Origin: Chiloscyllium plagiosum
Lineage: Eukaryota
NCBI RefSeq assembly: GCF_004010195.1
Contig: NC_057756.1
Span: 3,330,653 to 3,394,652 of the forward strand
Length of the DNA stretch: 64,000 nt
Direction: 5' to 3'
Notes under the pieces: model-generated
What the model was told of the DNA's origin: nothing
Database searches by the model: none
Seen by the model: only the letters and a program-made list of their open reading frames with translations
Part shown: in pieces, positions 11,870 to 25,610 of the stretch
How positions within the stretch are numbered: position 1 is the stretch's first letter
How the letters are laid out: the number at the start of each line of letters is the position of its first letter
Made by a program: the position numbers and the translations under genes

Positions 11870-12739
11870 GTATTCCATCACTTTATTAATTTCACAGATA
11901 TGAATTAAACTTGATTAAACCATCAGATTATTGCATCATCATAATGGCAAAAAAGTAAAGCTTGCCCTTGCTCAATAGTGGAAAATAAACCTTTCATCAC
12001 CTCTGCTCTGCTTCTGAGTCATTATGAATAATTATTGATTGCTTACCGTCATATTAACGCTAGACTTTTCTTACTGTGAATATGGTTTCTGTTAATGTTT
12101 CTTTGTATTTTTTTATGTAATTTTGTAATTATGGGATAAAGGGAGACAAAGCAGGCTCATCACTTGATATTGATAGAGAACACAAAATTACTAAGATTTC
12201 CCAATCATAGTTATCATTTGTGTGTAGGAAATAACATACATGGTGAAACAATAACCGGCAGCATACATTAATGTATACCCATACTTGCAAAGAGAAACAT
12301 CTTTGCTTATTTATCTATACTTATTTGGATGTGTAGATTCTGTTCTTTATTTCATAACATTGCGAGGAGATCTGATCGCAGCAATCGAACATCCAACATT
12401 CCTATTTAGGTCAAATCAAGCATGACAGTTAGTCGTGAAAAAAATTGACTTGCAGTTCTTCTCTACTTCTGAAATGATGCCTGAACGCGCACAGAAATAT
12501 TTTGCACTTCAGATATTATCAGAACTATTAGTTTATCGTAAAAAGAAAAGTACTTAGTCCAAAATGAGCAGATCCTGCCTCGCTTCATCACTAGTTGACG
12601 TGACAGATATCAAAGAAACAATGACAGGAAAAAACACAACAAAAAAAGCTACAGTAAATTTCATGAGTTGTAAATTTGAAGATTTTTTTCTGAGCAACTT
12701 CATTCGTCTTTTTTTATATCTCAGAAAATTAAACAGGGG

Positions 12740-13510
12740 CATAATTTAAGTTATAAGATCGAGTCGTCAAAAATTTTAAAGGGTGACAACAATCAGTATT
12801 CGTGGTACACATTGATACCAATGACAGAGGGATGGAAAGAGAAGAGGAGCTCGAAAGAGGATATAGAGAGTTAGGACGGAAGCTGGAAGGCTGACTAATA
12901 ATCTCAGGATTGCTTTTGGTGCCACTGGCTAGTTTGGCAAGTAATGCAGACCAAGTGCAGCTAAACAGGTGGTTGCAGGGTTGGTGCAGGGGTGTGGTTG
13001 GTTCAGGAATGTGGATCATTGGCATACCTTCGAGGGAAGGTGTGACATTTATAAGAAGTACGGTTTGCAAGACAGTTGGAGGGACACCAATATCCTGGGC
13101 GGGAGATTTGCTGGAGTGCTTCAAGGTGGAAAGCATGGAGTTGAAAATAGATTTGCAGGAGCAGTGGAAACCTGCGTTACAGATCAGATAATGGAAGATA
13201 CAGTGAACAGCCAGATGCAGTTTGCAGAGAATCTTGTGGAGGGATGGGCACTTGATTGTGCAAAGGTGCAGTCAATGTGATGGGTTGAAGAGTGTCTATT
13301 TTACTGCAAGACGTATCAGGAAAAATATTGACGAACTCAGAGCACAGCTGAGTACTTGGAAGTATGATATATTGGCAATTAGAAAGATTCCGATATCACA
13401 GGAGCCGGGATGTTTGTTGGATGTTCCGGATTTTAGATGTTTCACCAAGAATGGCGGGGGATGCTGGTGCGTGGAAGGTAAAAGGAGTGGATGCGTGTTA
13501 TTGCTAATCA
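12740..13510 (+). mobile_element. CR1 LINE fragment: ORF1 SGNH/GDSL esterase and start of ORF2 AP endonuclease
   Basis: VVHIDTND...YRELGRKL...IISGLL...NRWLQGWCRG...HWHTFEGRCDIYKK...DTNILGGRF; LKSVYFTARRIRKNIDELRA...KYDILAI. Confidence 0.8.
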
Positions 13511-14045
13511 GTCACACACACATTCTCTCTTTCACACATGAATGCACACACTCATATAAGTCGATATCGTGAATTTGCATTTGCAACATTGCATTTGCAA
13601 TTGCGTTCTATTTTGTTCAAAAAGCACACAAAATCGAGACTTATGTAATCTATGTGACATTTTGTAAAATCATACTTTGGAAATAGATTCTAATAATACA
13701 CCTTTAATGCATTGTCTGAGATGAGAGGTGGCCTTTTTAAATAGAACCTTACGTTAGCACGAGAATGTAACTTGAAAAAGTTCTAGAATTTTCATATTAA
13801 TGAATCTGAAACTGCATCCCATTCTAAAAGGAGAAAGACTTAGATTTGCACGATATATCTTATCAATGTATGATCTTATGATCTTATGCTATAACTTCTG
13901 TGTCCTTTGATCCTACTCAGTTAGCTATCTGATGAGGAGGAGCGTTCCAAAAGATTGTTCTTTCAAATAAACTTCTTGGAATATGAATTGTTTTTCTGTA
14001 ATGTTTAACTTTGTCAGCCCAGTCCAACAATAGCAACTAAACAAT
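13511..14045 (+). mobile_element. Old PLE-derived terminal fragment with a degenerate hammerhead (13929-13955)
   Basis: CTGATGAggaggagcgttccAAAAG followed by ttcaaataaac...ttaactttgtcagcccagtccaac, resembling a PLE terminus. Confidence 0.5.
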
Positions 14046-15009
14046 ATGTAGAGAAGGCGACTAGAGGGAAAATGTGCACACTCTATTTGTATTAAGGTGG
14101 GAAAATCGGTCTTCTCCCCTCCAATCTTCTATCATACATTTGCCGAAACAGCTGATTAAATACACCTGGATTATTAAGATTCTTTTCTGGTGCAGGTCCG
14201 TATTTTCTACCCACATACTAACTTCTACATTCTTCTGAATTCACAACATCATTGTGCTATACTTTGTCAAACTGATTTGGCTCGTCATTCCACTATGAAA
14301 CTTCGTGATGAGGCCCAATCCTCTCCAATAAAAGTTAATGCATTTTTTCACTTAGCATAATCTATTCTCCCGCCTGTCCCTGTTCATCAGACTTCAAATC
14401 TACACAACTCCCAGATATTTTACACAAAAGAGCCATTTCCTATGCTTGGGCAATCTCCCCGAAATTAGCCCAGTCCAATCGTAGTTCCACAAGTGCAGAT
14501 ATGGATTGCGCTCCCTTTCATCCCTGCGATTTCAGTTCTGCATGGATCTGACAGCGATGTCAACATGGTATTTCTTGCAGTTTAAGCGTCATTCAATCTG
14601 TTCACGCTGGTCGTATGTAGAATATATTAAGCTCATTTACAGAATATTTGAACCACCATACGTGAATATTCTGTTTCTGATGTCAATGTTTGTCGATGAT
14701 TGATGCACCAGTAATTTCTTGAAATTCAGGATACAGGTTCGTTTACTCAACTACCGTTGCGATGATTCTCTACCTCTTACCAAAAAAGTGATTCTGTAGT
14801 AGCACTCAAAATCAAGAATAATTGGTCAGGCATTCACATCTTCTATACATGGAGATAGTACAATGCTTGAATTATGCAGGAGTGTGGTATTAACAGGCAC
14901 CACATTTCTTCTCAAAAATTTCGTAAGTGCCAAAACACAATTTTCCTCGAGTCTCACTATAATCTCATTCCACAGGTGCCAACCTATCTCGACTCCAAAG
15001 CGCAATTTT

Positions 15010-15220
15010 TTTCGAATCCATCACCTTCATCCGCACCTCCATCCACTTATTGCACTCTTGGCTACCTTCTCCCCAGCCCCACCCCTACTCCAATTTATCT
15101 CTCCCCCGCGGAGGCTCCCTGCCTCATTCCTGATGAAGGGCTTTTGTCTGAAACGTCGGTTTTCCTGCATCTCGGATGCTGCATGACGTGCTGCGCTTTT
15201 CCAGCACCACTCTAATCTGG
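15010..15220 (+). mobile_element. Neptune PLE terminal fragment
   Basis: Homologous to 1740-1857 (cctcattcctga.gaagggctt...ggatgctgc.tgac.tgctgc.ct.ttccagca). Confidence 0.8.
15126..15162 (+). ncRNA. Hammerhead ribozyme motif with canonical core
   Basis: CTGATGA-a-GGGC-tttt-GTCT-GAAAC-GTC: canonical core and GUC cleavage triplet. Confidence 0.75.
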
Positions 15221-15819
15221 GCGAGATTACATTGTTCATCTTGGCGTGGCATGTCATCCTGAACGTCCACTTCTAAACAAGTTATCAATATTCGTTTTAC
15301 TTCAACCACATTGCATGTATTCTGTCTAACGCATCAGCGTCTCTATGTGGTGACATGCTTAAAGTAACTTTTCTTTTAAACTGACCAGTTTCTTCACTGA
15401 AAGAGTGGAAATGAATCGTCAATATTTTTACGATTATGCTTGGGGTGAGGACTAAAATGCTCTCCATTCCTTGGATTCCAAGTGAATGCTTATGATAGTC
15501 GATTTCGAGATTAAATCTAGATTAAAACCTAGATTGCCTGCCGTGGAAACTCGCTAGATATGCTAATTGATACGATTCGGTCATTAAAGTGATGTTGACT
15601 GCTGGTGCCTCCATAGATCTTACAAGCTGCCAGGAAGATAAGGCAGATGTCTTTGTCGGTTGTCTATTTTTTTCGTTTCGTTTTCTGGCCTCAATTTGCA
15701 AAATTATGCAACCAAACCACTCAAGGAGCAAAACATCAATGATTGTAAAATGGTGGGAATTGTTGAACAAGTTGATGTTGTTGCAATTTGTTCAAACCTG
15801 GATTCAATTGAATATAACT

Positions 15820-16752
15820 AAATAGAATTGAATTGGCTTTAATGTCCTAGCAACTCAGATGACTACAGTGTAAAGTTTGCAGTCACTGCATTACAGTACC
15901 ATCCTTGCGAAAAACGTGTTAAGGCAGAGATATTTAAGATGAAGTTGTCAGGAAAGAATGCTAAAATTAGGAAATTAAATAAATTAACAGCAAAGTATTA
16001 TGCACATAAAATAAATTAGAGAAACAAAGGACTAAAATGTTCAGAACATCGGTTATTAGAACTCAGGCCATGACAGCATTCAGCCTCACAAGAGACATCC
16101 AGCCTCTTGAGAACACTGGAGTTGCCCCACATTATGACCCACCTCTTCACGACTGGGAACGATTTGCTGATGCCAGTGTACCTGTACTCACCAAGTAACC
16201 AAATGTTGATTACTTCACTGCAAGGCCAGGCCACTGCAGGACCGCGGGTCCCACATCTGCTGTACGTTTCTTTGCTGGAACTGCAGGCACTGCAGACCCC
16301 GATTGCTGGAAGAGCTTTGCTGCTGCTGGTGCTGCAAGTAGACGGAATGATGGTGCAGCTGCTTCCACTGGTCCTGAATGCCAGGAGAAACGGTTCACTG
16401 CCATTGGTCCCGGAAAGAAGTAGAACAACATCATTGATGCTACTGTCGACTGGTAATTCCACTCGATTACCCGGTGGAGGCTGCCACACACCCTGAATGA
16501 CGCGAGAACGCATTCGCTAACACCACCTCCAATCACCGGACGAATGTTCTCCCTGTCAATTCTGCTGCCTCTGATCACTGACAGAAGTCACGACCCCCAA
16601 CTTACCACAGATAAGAAATGACAAAAGACCAAAAGAAGTAATGCTAAATAAAAGATCACAAGGAAAAGGAAAACAAATAAGCAAAACAAATGGGCGTAGG
16701 TGGTCTCCAGGCCAGAGTCGGTATGTACAGCTGCTACTCTACCATCATCTTG
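15820..16752 (-). mobile_element. Probable non-autonomous non-LTR retroelement with a GC-rich body
   Basis: GC-rich island bounded by attgaattggctttaatgtc (tail side) and ctactctaccatcatcttg (head side); same layout at 62495-63206. Confidence 0.4.
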
Positions 16753-17899
16753 CACTGTAAGTGTGTTTGGTATGTCTGGAATATAACTCTTTCAGAAACT
16801 CCATTTGTGCATGCCTGTGACTTTAAAGCAGCATGCATAGTTATTGGGCTGGAGAGCATTTAGGAGGAAAAGAGCAAAATAGGGACCAAGAGAGGATGAC
16901 GAGGGACAGCCAGATGGAAGAAATACATTGGCGTTTTGCTCGCTAAACAGAGGCCAAAGAGAACCAGAAATATTGGTATTAAGATATAGACACTGATTAT
17001 CAAAGCCGAAGGAAACAAAATCAAGACAGGAAAGTAAAGCAATAAATACCAAAACATTATACGGTACTTATAATAATGAATTAGAAAAATGAAGGAGTAA
17101 AATGTTCAGAATGTCGACTTCTTGAATGAGCAATGAACAGAACAAAAACAATCTGCTGCCATCATTTAGCAAAAGGAGCAAAAGCAAATATGCATATGCA
17201 TGCATTCACATAATATTTATATATTATATATGTAATGAGTTATCAGCGTGTATCTGCTCTTTTGCTGTTCGTCGAGGTAAACGTCAGGTAGACTGGATTC
17301 ACAGGATACTGTCGTCAGACAATCATTTAGCAGACTATAGCAGTATCTGTGATGTTTTAACTTGTAAAATGTCGCTGCACGTTTACCTCTCATCTTAAAT
17401 CAGTATAAAAACATTAGTAGTCGCAGCTCTGAGGCGCAGGCATACTAAGACAAGGGTCATTGGAGGATAACAATTTAGTCATTCAGAAAATAATCAAATT
17501 TTGAAAATGATCAAATTTCGTTGCTTGTCACTTTTTCGTGGAGGAAATATGCACAACTCAGTAAGAACTTCCCTTGACAGACAAAGAAAGTGCAAACAAT
17601 GATTTCAGAATTGGACCTTTGAATTGTTGTAACAATGAGCACAAAGGGTTGGCAAAATATCCATTTTGCGCACACTATTATTGATGATCAACATATTTTA
17701 TCATTTAAATGAACAATTTAGTATTGAGTGTAGATCACTTCTGCGTCTTTCGACAATAAAGCTCTGTCCACGATATTTTGCTGTGCAGACTTCCGTATGA
17801 TCTGCAACAAAATATTGCAATTAAAGTTTCGACATTCGATAGATCATGGCAGCATTATATTGCCGTTTCATTTGAGAACGTCGCTAAACAAATGAAGCA

Positions 17900-20200
17900 T
17901 CCAGCGACGGTAAGGGTATAGTTGATTTAAAAGAAGTTGCTGGGTCGATTTGGTGAGGTATTTGCATCAGTGTGTGAAGAAGTTAATGTCTAGTATAATG
18001 AGGTGAAAATGCCCTTATAATAGCATATCAACTGCAACCAAGAGCTCACAGAGAACGTTTCAGGAATCCAAGGTGGGAACATGATCAAACGTAAGGAGAG
18101 TTTGAAAGGATTAAACAATTCATTTTAGTGGGTGAACAGGTGCATTGAATATCGATTAAACATATGAGCATACATTTGCGAGAGACGAATATTCTTGACC
18201 CGTTTTTAAAAAAAATCCTGAAATATTGCACACCCGTAAGGAAAAAGGCTTAGGGAAGGATGGAAGATTAGCAGCCGAAGTGGCAGATGAGTATGAGTTG
18301 GTTCATGGATACCAAAACATTTTTATAATTTGTGAGAGACACACATTGGAGAAAAGATACTCAGTTGGTAAGGGAAAAGAAACCTTCGTTGAATATAGTA
18401 AAGACAGTTTTACATGGTATAAATAGAAAATCAATTTTGAGAAAAGATTAATTAAAGCAACTCAGGTGTTTTCACCGTAATAAAGTGCGACAAATTAAGT
18501 CACATAGTTCTTGATTTAGAAAAAGCAAAAAAGCAAAGTAATAAAGGAAAACACAGTCGATTAGCAAAACTGCGAAAGAATGCACAAACTGATGAGGGTT
18601 TGTTTGAGAAGGAAGTGCCAGATATTTTTAAAGATTTTAATTGCGATGGTAAGGTTCATATCTGTTCGCTGGGAAGGAACAGATTGAAATTAAGATTTTA
18701 ATACATAAAGGACCAAGTCAGTGTTTGATGGTGAGAGATAAGATAACATGTAATTTCGGAAGGGGTATTGACAAAAAAGATGGAAGCATGTGAAATTCGT
18801 GGTGAGTAAGCAATATTCCTTTATAGAAAGTGAGGTTGTAGATTGGTTGAAAAGTTAGGGTATTGTGGTGGGAGTAATAGAGAAAATCCCAGTTAGGGAA
18901 ATATACTTTATAATTGGCGATGGCACAGCTGGATCACAGGTCAGAGCAGTGCCTCCTGTTCTTGAAAAGCTAGTGGAAAGCCAGGAAACTGAGTTTTAGG
19001 AATTATTTCCTGGGATTTATCATGAATTTACGGTAATAAGGTAAGAAAACTTTAAATGGAAACGGGGGAAGAAATCAAAAATAGAGACAAGGAAGTTGAA
19101 TTCAAGTAAAAGAGATCATTTTTGATTAAACGGTTGAGATTACCCATGAAGAGATGGAGGACAAAATGAAAACTTTAACACCAAGCATTTCTCTGAATTA
19201 AACGTGAAGATGAAAAGCTAATCGAATTGTACCAAGACGAATCAGTGTGTGCCAAATGTACGATCTTAAAAATGAAGTTTGGAGAAAGAAATGTAATCCA
19301 TTGCATATGCTGGTGGCTGACAAATGAGTCAAATGAAAACAAATTGATAATATTTTACTGTTTTCAACATAGAGTGCTCAACGAAGTTCAAATGATCGTG
19401 AATTGAATATTTGTCTACTCAGTTTGGAAAATGGCGAAGTTCTCACAAATTGCACTAAAATTTTGAATTACCTTCAAAAGGAAAATCGAAATGATGTGAA
19501 AGATATATTAAACCACGTAGGGAGATGCATGGTTCTGAGTTTGGAAGTACTATATGATGCAAATATCAGGAATGCTTTTCCAGTTAAGCAATATTCTCTT
19601 GAAAGTAACGCTCGAATGTTCACACAGGGTCGAGAGGAATTTGAATCAATGCTCAATTACAATATAATTAAAATGAATTGCCGATAATGATTTTGATTTA
19701 TAGTATTTTTTTCCAAAACTACATGGTTACGAAAAAGGTTTTAGAAAATTGCAAAGTTAATGCTGTTACAAAAGCCGATTCCTACCGTTTCTATGTTTGG
19801 ATATTGGGATTATCAACTGATATTTCTAAACTGGAACGAACTCAGAAGATTTTGGCGGATAACGATATCCAAAAGAGTGAAGGAAATTTTAGCATTTGTG
19901 AGACTGAATAAGTTGTAACTGTTAAAAGTCATTCCATTTGGTATGAAAACTACAGTTTTAGATCCAACGAACAAACCTGTGTAGGAACTATCCAATTGTG
20001 TGTTGTACTTCGACCATCTGGTGATGTTTAGTCTCAGATACAAGGAGCATTTGGAGTCTCTATCTGAATCGTTCGTTTGACGTCAAGAGGCAGTCTTGAA
20101 AATAAATCTGGCTATGCATGAATTCACAAAAACTCAACACATGTTCCTGAGTCATGTCTTTGGAGATGGAACGATGATTCCAAAAAATGCGAAAAGAAAT
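17900..20200 (+). mobile_element. Highly decayed Gmr1-like Gypsy internal fragment
   Basis: gag-like FASV.EEV...Y.EVK...AYQLQP.AHRERFRN; later RT-like YFDHLVMFS and LKINLAMHEF...MFLSHV; homologous to 32433-36670. Confidence 0.6.
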
Positions 20201-20205
20201 GATTT

Positions 20206-21175
20206 AGAACATAGAACATAGAACATAGAACAATATAGCACAGAACAGGCCCTTCGGCCCACGATGTTATGCCGAACTTCTAACCTAGATTAAGTACCCA
20301 TCCATGTACCTATCCAAATGCCGCTTAAAGGTCGCCAATGATTCCGACTCTACCACTCCCACGGGCAGCGCATTCCATGCCCCCACCACTCTCTGGGTAA
20401 AGAACCCACCCCTGACATCTCCCCTATACCTTCCACCCTTCACCTTAAATTTATGTCCCCTTGTAACACTCTGTTGTACCCGGGGAAAAAGTTTCTGACT
20501 GTCTACTCTATCTATTCCTCTGATCATCTTATAAACCTCTATCAAGTCACCCCTTATCCTTCGCCGTTCCAACGAGAAAAGGCTGAGAACTCTCAACCTA
20601 TCCTCGTACGACTTCCTCTCCATTCCAGGCAACATCCTGGTAAATCTTCTCTGCACCCTCTCCAAAGCTTCCACATCTTTCCTAAAGTGAGGCGACCAGA
20701 ACTGCACACAGTACTCCAACTGTGGCCTAACCAAAGTCCTGTACAGCTGCAACATCACTTCACGACTCTTGAATTCAATCCCTCTGCTAATGAACGATAA
20801 TACTCCATAGGCCTTCTTACAAACTCTATCCACCTGAGTGCCTGAGTGGCAAGATCTATGTACATAGACCCCAAGATCCCTCTGTTCCTCCACCTGACTA
20901 AGAACCCTACCATTAACCCTGTATTCCGCATTCTTATTTGTTCTTCCAAAATGGACAACCTCACACTTGGCAGGGTTGAACTCCATCTGCCACTCCTCAG
21001 CCCAGCTCTGCATCATATCGAAGTCCCTCTGCAGCCGACAACAGCCCTCCTCACTGTCCACAACTCTACCTATCTTCGTATCATCTGCAAATTTACTGAC
21101 CCACCCTTCGACTCCCTCATCTAAGTCATTAATAAAAATTACAAACAGCAGAGGACCCAGAACTGATCCCTGCGA
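20206..21175 (-). mobile_element. Young 5'-truncated CR1 LINE (RT C-terminal half open)
   Basis: QGSVLGPLLFVIFINDLDEGVEGWVSKFADDTK...[19 protein letters not shown]...WNALP; (AGAACAT)n tail at 20206-20231. Confidence 0.95.
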
Positions 21176-21243
21176 GAGTTCTGAGACTATAGACGAACAG
21201 TGAAGGAGTTTGACACCTAAAGCGAGGTGCTTCTGGCTATTGG

Positions 21244-21995
21244 AGAACAAAGAACAAAGAGAACAAAGAACAAAGAAAATTTACAGCCGAGGAACAGGTC
21301 CTTTGGCCCCCCCCCAAGACTGAGCCGATTCAAATCGACTGTCTAAACCTGTCGCCGAATTCCTTAGCATCTATATCAACTGCTCCCCACCTACACAAAG
21401 AAAATTTACAGCCGAGGAACAGGTCCTTTGGCCCCCCAAGACTGAGCCGATTCAAATCGACTGTCTAAACCTGTCGCCGAATTCCTAAGCATCTATATCA
21501 ACTGCTCCCCACCTACTCATCCATCTATCCAGACACATCTTAAATGAATCTACCGTGCCTGTCTCTAATATCTCTGCTGGCAACGCGTTCCAGACTCCCC
21601 CCACAATCTGGGTGTAGTACTTGTCGCGTGTATCCCTCTTAAACTTTTCACGTCTCACCTTGAAAGCGTGAGCTCTCGGTATTGAATCGTTCACCCTGGG
21701 ATAAAGCTTATTTCTATTCACCCTATCTATACCCTTCATGATTTTGTAAAGTTCAGTCAGCTCCCCCCATTTCCTTTATTCTACTGAAAACAAACCTAAC
21801 CTACTCAACCTTTCTTCATAGCTAGCACCCTCCATACCAGGCAACGTCCTCGTAAACGTTCTCTGCACCCTCTCCAAGGAATCAAATATTTTAGGTAACG
21901 TGGCGACCAAAATTGTACACAGTATTCTAAATGCGGCCGAACCATTGTCTTGTACAATTTTAACGTGACTTGCCAGCTCTTCAACTCAATACTTC
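21244..21995 (-). mobile_element. CR1 LINE 3' fragment with a duplicated 3' end
   Basis: (AGAACAA)n tail; MKGIDRVNRNKLYPRV...VWNALPAEI; 21270-21394 is repeated at 21395-21516. Confidence 0.9.
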
Positions 21996-21999
21996 ACTA

Positions 22000-23625
22000 C
22001 CAAATGCCTATGTCTTGAAAATACCATGTTAGAGATCAGGAGGTGCTGGATGTATTCAAACACATGAAGGTGGGTAAATCCCCATGACCTGATCAGATGA
22101 CCCCTGGAACCCTCTGGAAAGCTACAGAAGTGATTGTTTGGCCCATTGCTGAGATGTTTCTGTCATTGATAGTCACAGGCGATGTGTTAGAAGACTGGAG
22201 GTTGGCTAACATGGTACTGCTCTTAAATAAAGGTGCTAACGACAAGCCTAGGGACTATTGACCGGTGACCATGACGTGAGTGGTGGGCAATTTGTTGGTG
22301 CAAATTGTGAAAGATTGGATTTTATTGGTTTTGAAAAGGCAAGGACTGATTAGTGATAGTCAACATGGCTTTCTGCTTGGGAAACTATGTTTCACGACGT
22401 TGATTAAATTTTTTGAAGAAATAACAAAGAGGGTCGATGAGGGCAGAGTTAGGAACGTGATCCATGTGGACTTCAGTAATGCGTTCGACAAGTTTGCGAT
22501 TGGAAATTGGTTGTGTAGGTCAGATCTCGTGAATTCAAGGAGAACTATCCATTCAGATGTAGAACTTGTTCGAAGGTAAAAAAAAAACAGTGTGCTTTTG
22601 ATCTGTTTTTCAAACTGAAGGACTGTGACCAGTGGAATGCAATGAGGATCCCTGTTGGGTCCACTACTTTTCGTCATTTATATAAATTATTTGAAAGTCG
22701 ACGTGGAAAGGATAGATAGTAAGTTTGCAGATAACTACTAAATTGGAGGTATACTTGAGAGTGAAAACGGTTACCTCAAATTATACTGGATCTTGATCAG
22801 ATAGGTCAATGATGGAATATAATTTAGATATACGTGAGGTGTTGCATTTTGGACAAAAACAAATCAAAGCAGGACCAATAGAATGAATAGTAATTCCCAA
22901 GGAATGTTGCTGAACCAAGAGACATTGGGTTGCATATTCATCGCTCTTTGAAAGTAGTGTCGCAGGTAGATAAAATTGTGATGAAGGCGTTTGGTATGCA
23001 TTCCTTTTTTTGGTCAGAGTATTGAGTATAGGAGTTGTGAGTTAACGTTGCATGTGCACAGGACGTTGGTTAGACCACTTTGGGAAGATTGCGTGCAGTT
23101 CTGGTCACCTCCCTCACCAAAAGACGTTGTAAAACTTGAAAGAGTTCAGAAAAGATTTAGAAGGATGGAGTTGGAGGATGTGAGCTACTGGGACAGCTGT
23201 ATGAGCTGGCATGGTATGCCCTGGATAGTCTGAGAATGAGGGTTGACCTTATAGAGGTTTATAAAACAATGAACGCCATGGATACCGGAAATATTCTAAG
23301 TATTTTCCCGGAGATAAGGTTTCCAGAACTAAAGGGGATCCGTTTCGAGTGAGAGTGGAAAGATGTAAAAGGGACAAAAGGGCAAACATTTTCACACAGA
23401 GAGTGGTGCAAGTTTGGAATGAGCTGCCAGAGGCAGTGTTGAGGATTGGTACAATTACAACATTTAAAATGTATCTGGATAGTTCTTTGAATAGGAAATG
23501 TTTTCACGGACATGAGCCAAGTGCTAGCAAATTAGTGAAGAGAAGGTTGGGAGATCGGGTCTACCTGGCCGAGTTGGAAAGAAAGATCTGTTTCCATGGT
23601 TTACATCTCTCTGATTCTTTGACTC
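22000..23625 (+). mobile_element. Degenerate CR1 LINE RT region
   Basis: SQHGFLLGKLCFTTLIKFFEEIT...HVDFSNAFDK; TLVRPLWEDCVQFWSP; VWNELPEAV. Confidence 0.9.
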
Positions 23626-23754
23626 TAGATCAGTACCGAAGTTTAATAGTGTGGGTGCACCACTGATTGACTTGTTGAAGGTGTGCCGAATATATATGAA
23701 AATGGAGAAATGTCAGCAGGCGTTAGAGATGCTCCTGTTCATTTACACGATGAT

Positions 23755-25610
23755 TCAAAGAGTCATAGAGATGTACAGCTTGGAAACATACCCTTCGGTC
23801 CAACCCATCCACGCCGACCAGATATCCCAACCCAATCTTGTCCCACCTGCCAGAACCCGGCCCATATCCTTCCACACCCTTCCTATTCATATACCCATCC
23901 AAATGCCTCTTATATGTTGTACTTGTACCCGCAACCACCACTTCCTCTGGCAGCTCATTCCATACTCGTACCATTCTCTGTGTGAAAACGTTGACCCGTA
24001 GGTCTCTTCTATATCTTTCCCCTCTCACACTAAACCTATGCCCTCTAGTTCTGGACTTCCTGACCCCAGGGAAAATACTTTCCATATCCATGGACCCTAT
24101 AATGTTGTAAATCTCCATTAGGTCACCCCTCAGCCTCTGACGCTCCAGGGAAAACAGCTCTAGCCTGCTCAGCCTCTCCCTATAGCCCAAATCCTCCAAA
24201 CCTGGCAACATCCTTGTAAATCTTTGATGAACCGTTTCAAAGTTCTCAACATCTTTCCGATAGAAAAGAGACCAGAATTGCACGCAATATTGCAACAGTT
24301 GCTGAACCAATGTCATGTACAGCCACAACATGACCTTCCAACTCCTGTACGCAATACTCGGGCAAATAAAAGAAAGCATACCAAATGCCTTCTTGACTAT
24401 CCTATCCACCTGCGACTCCACTTTCAAGGAGGTATGACCCTGCTTTCCAAGGTCTCTTTGTTCAGCAACGCTCCCCAGGACCTTACCATTCAGTGTATAA
24501 GTCCTGCTAAGATTTGCTTTCCCAAAATGCAGCACCTCGCATTTATCCAAATTAAACTCCATCTACCACCTCTCAGCCCACTGGCCCATCTGGTCAAGAT
24601 CGTGTTGTAATCTGAGGTAACCCGCTTCGCTGTCAGCTACAGCTCCAATTTTGGTGTCATCTGCAAACTTACTAACGGTAAATCGTATGCTGACATACAA
24701 ATGATTTATGTAAATGACAAAATGTAAAGGAGCCAGAACCGACCCTTGTGGCACTCCACTGGACACACGCCTCCAATCTGAAAAACAACGCTCCACCACC
24801 ACCCACTGTCTTCTACCTTTGAGCCAGTTCTGTCTCCAAATGGCTAGTTCACCCAGTATTCCATGCGATCTAATCTTGCTAATCAGTCACCCATGGGGAG
24901 CCATGTCGAACGCCTTACTGAGGCCTTACAGATCACATCTACTGCTCCATCCTCATCAATCCTCTTTGTAACTTCTTCAAAAATCTCAAATTTGTGAGAC
25001 ATAATTTCCCACGCACAAATCCATGTTGACTATTCCTAATCAGTCCTTGCCTTTCCAAATACATGATTCCCTCCAACAACCTGCCCACCACCGAGGTCAG
25101 GCTCACTGGTCTATCGCTCATTGGCTTGTCCTTACCACCCTTCTTAAACAGTGGCAACACGTTAGCCAACCTCCAGTCTTCTGGCACCCCACCTCTGACG
25201 ATCGATGATACAAATATCTCAGCAAGAGGCCCAGCAATTGCTTCCCTAGCTTACCACTGAGTTCCAGGTTACACCTGATCTGGTCCTGGGGTTTTATCCA
25301 TCTGCACACGTTTTGAGACATCCATCACTTCCTCCTCAGTAATCTGGACATTTTGCCAGATGTCACCCTCTATTTCCCGACATTTATATCTTCCATATCG
25401 AAAATACTCATTTAGTATCTCCCCAATTTTCTGCGACTCCACACAAAGGCCGCCTTGCTGATCGTTGAGAGGCCCTACTGTCTCCTTAATTACCCTTTTG
25501 TCCTTAATGTATTTGTAAAAAGCCTTTGGATTCTCCTAAATTGTATTTGTCAAAGCTATCTCATGCCCCCTTTTTGCCCTCCTGATTTCCCCTTCTGTAC
25601 ACTCCTACTT
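23755..25610 (-). mobile_element. CR1 LINE RT region
   Basis: PEDWRLANVLPLFKKG...SQHGFVRGK; GVPQGSVLAP...KFADDTK; MEFNLDKCEVLHFG...VWNELPEEVV. Confidence 0.93.

Noticed and set aside
16016..16578. Overlapping 120-165 aa ORFs on both strands
   Set aside because: Low-complexity GC-rich body of a probable repeat; no recognisable domain
16796..16816. 21-nt AG...GT segment (ETPFVHA)
   Set aside because: Weak donor (CCT|gtgact), contains proline and has no similarity to the other heptad exons; likely chance
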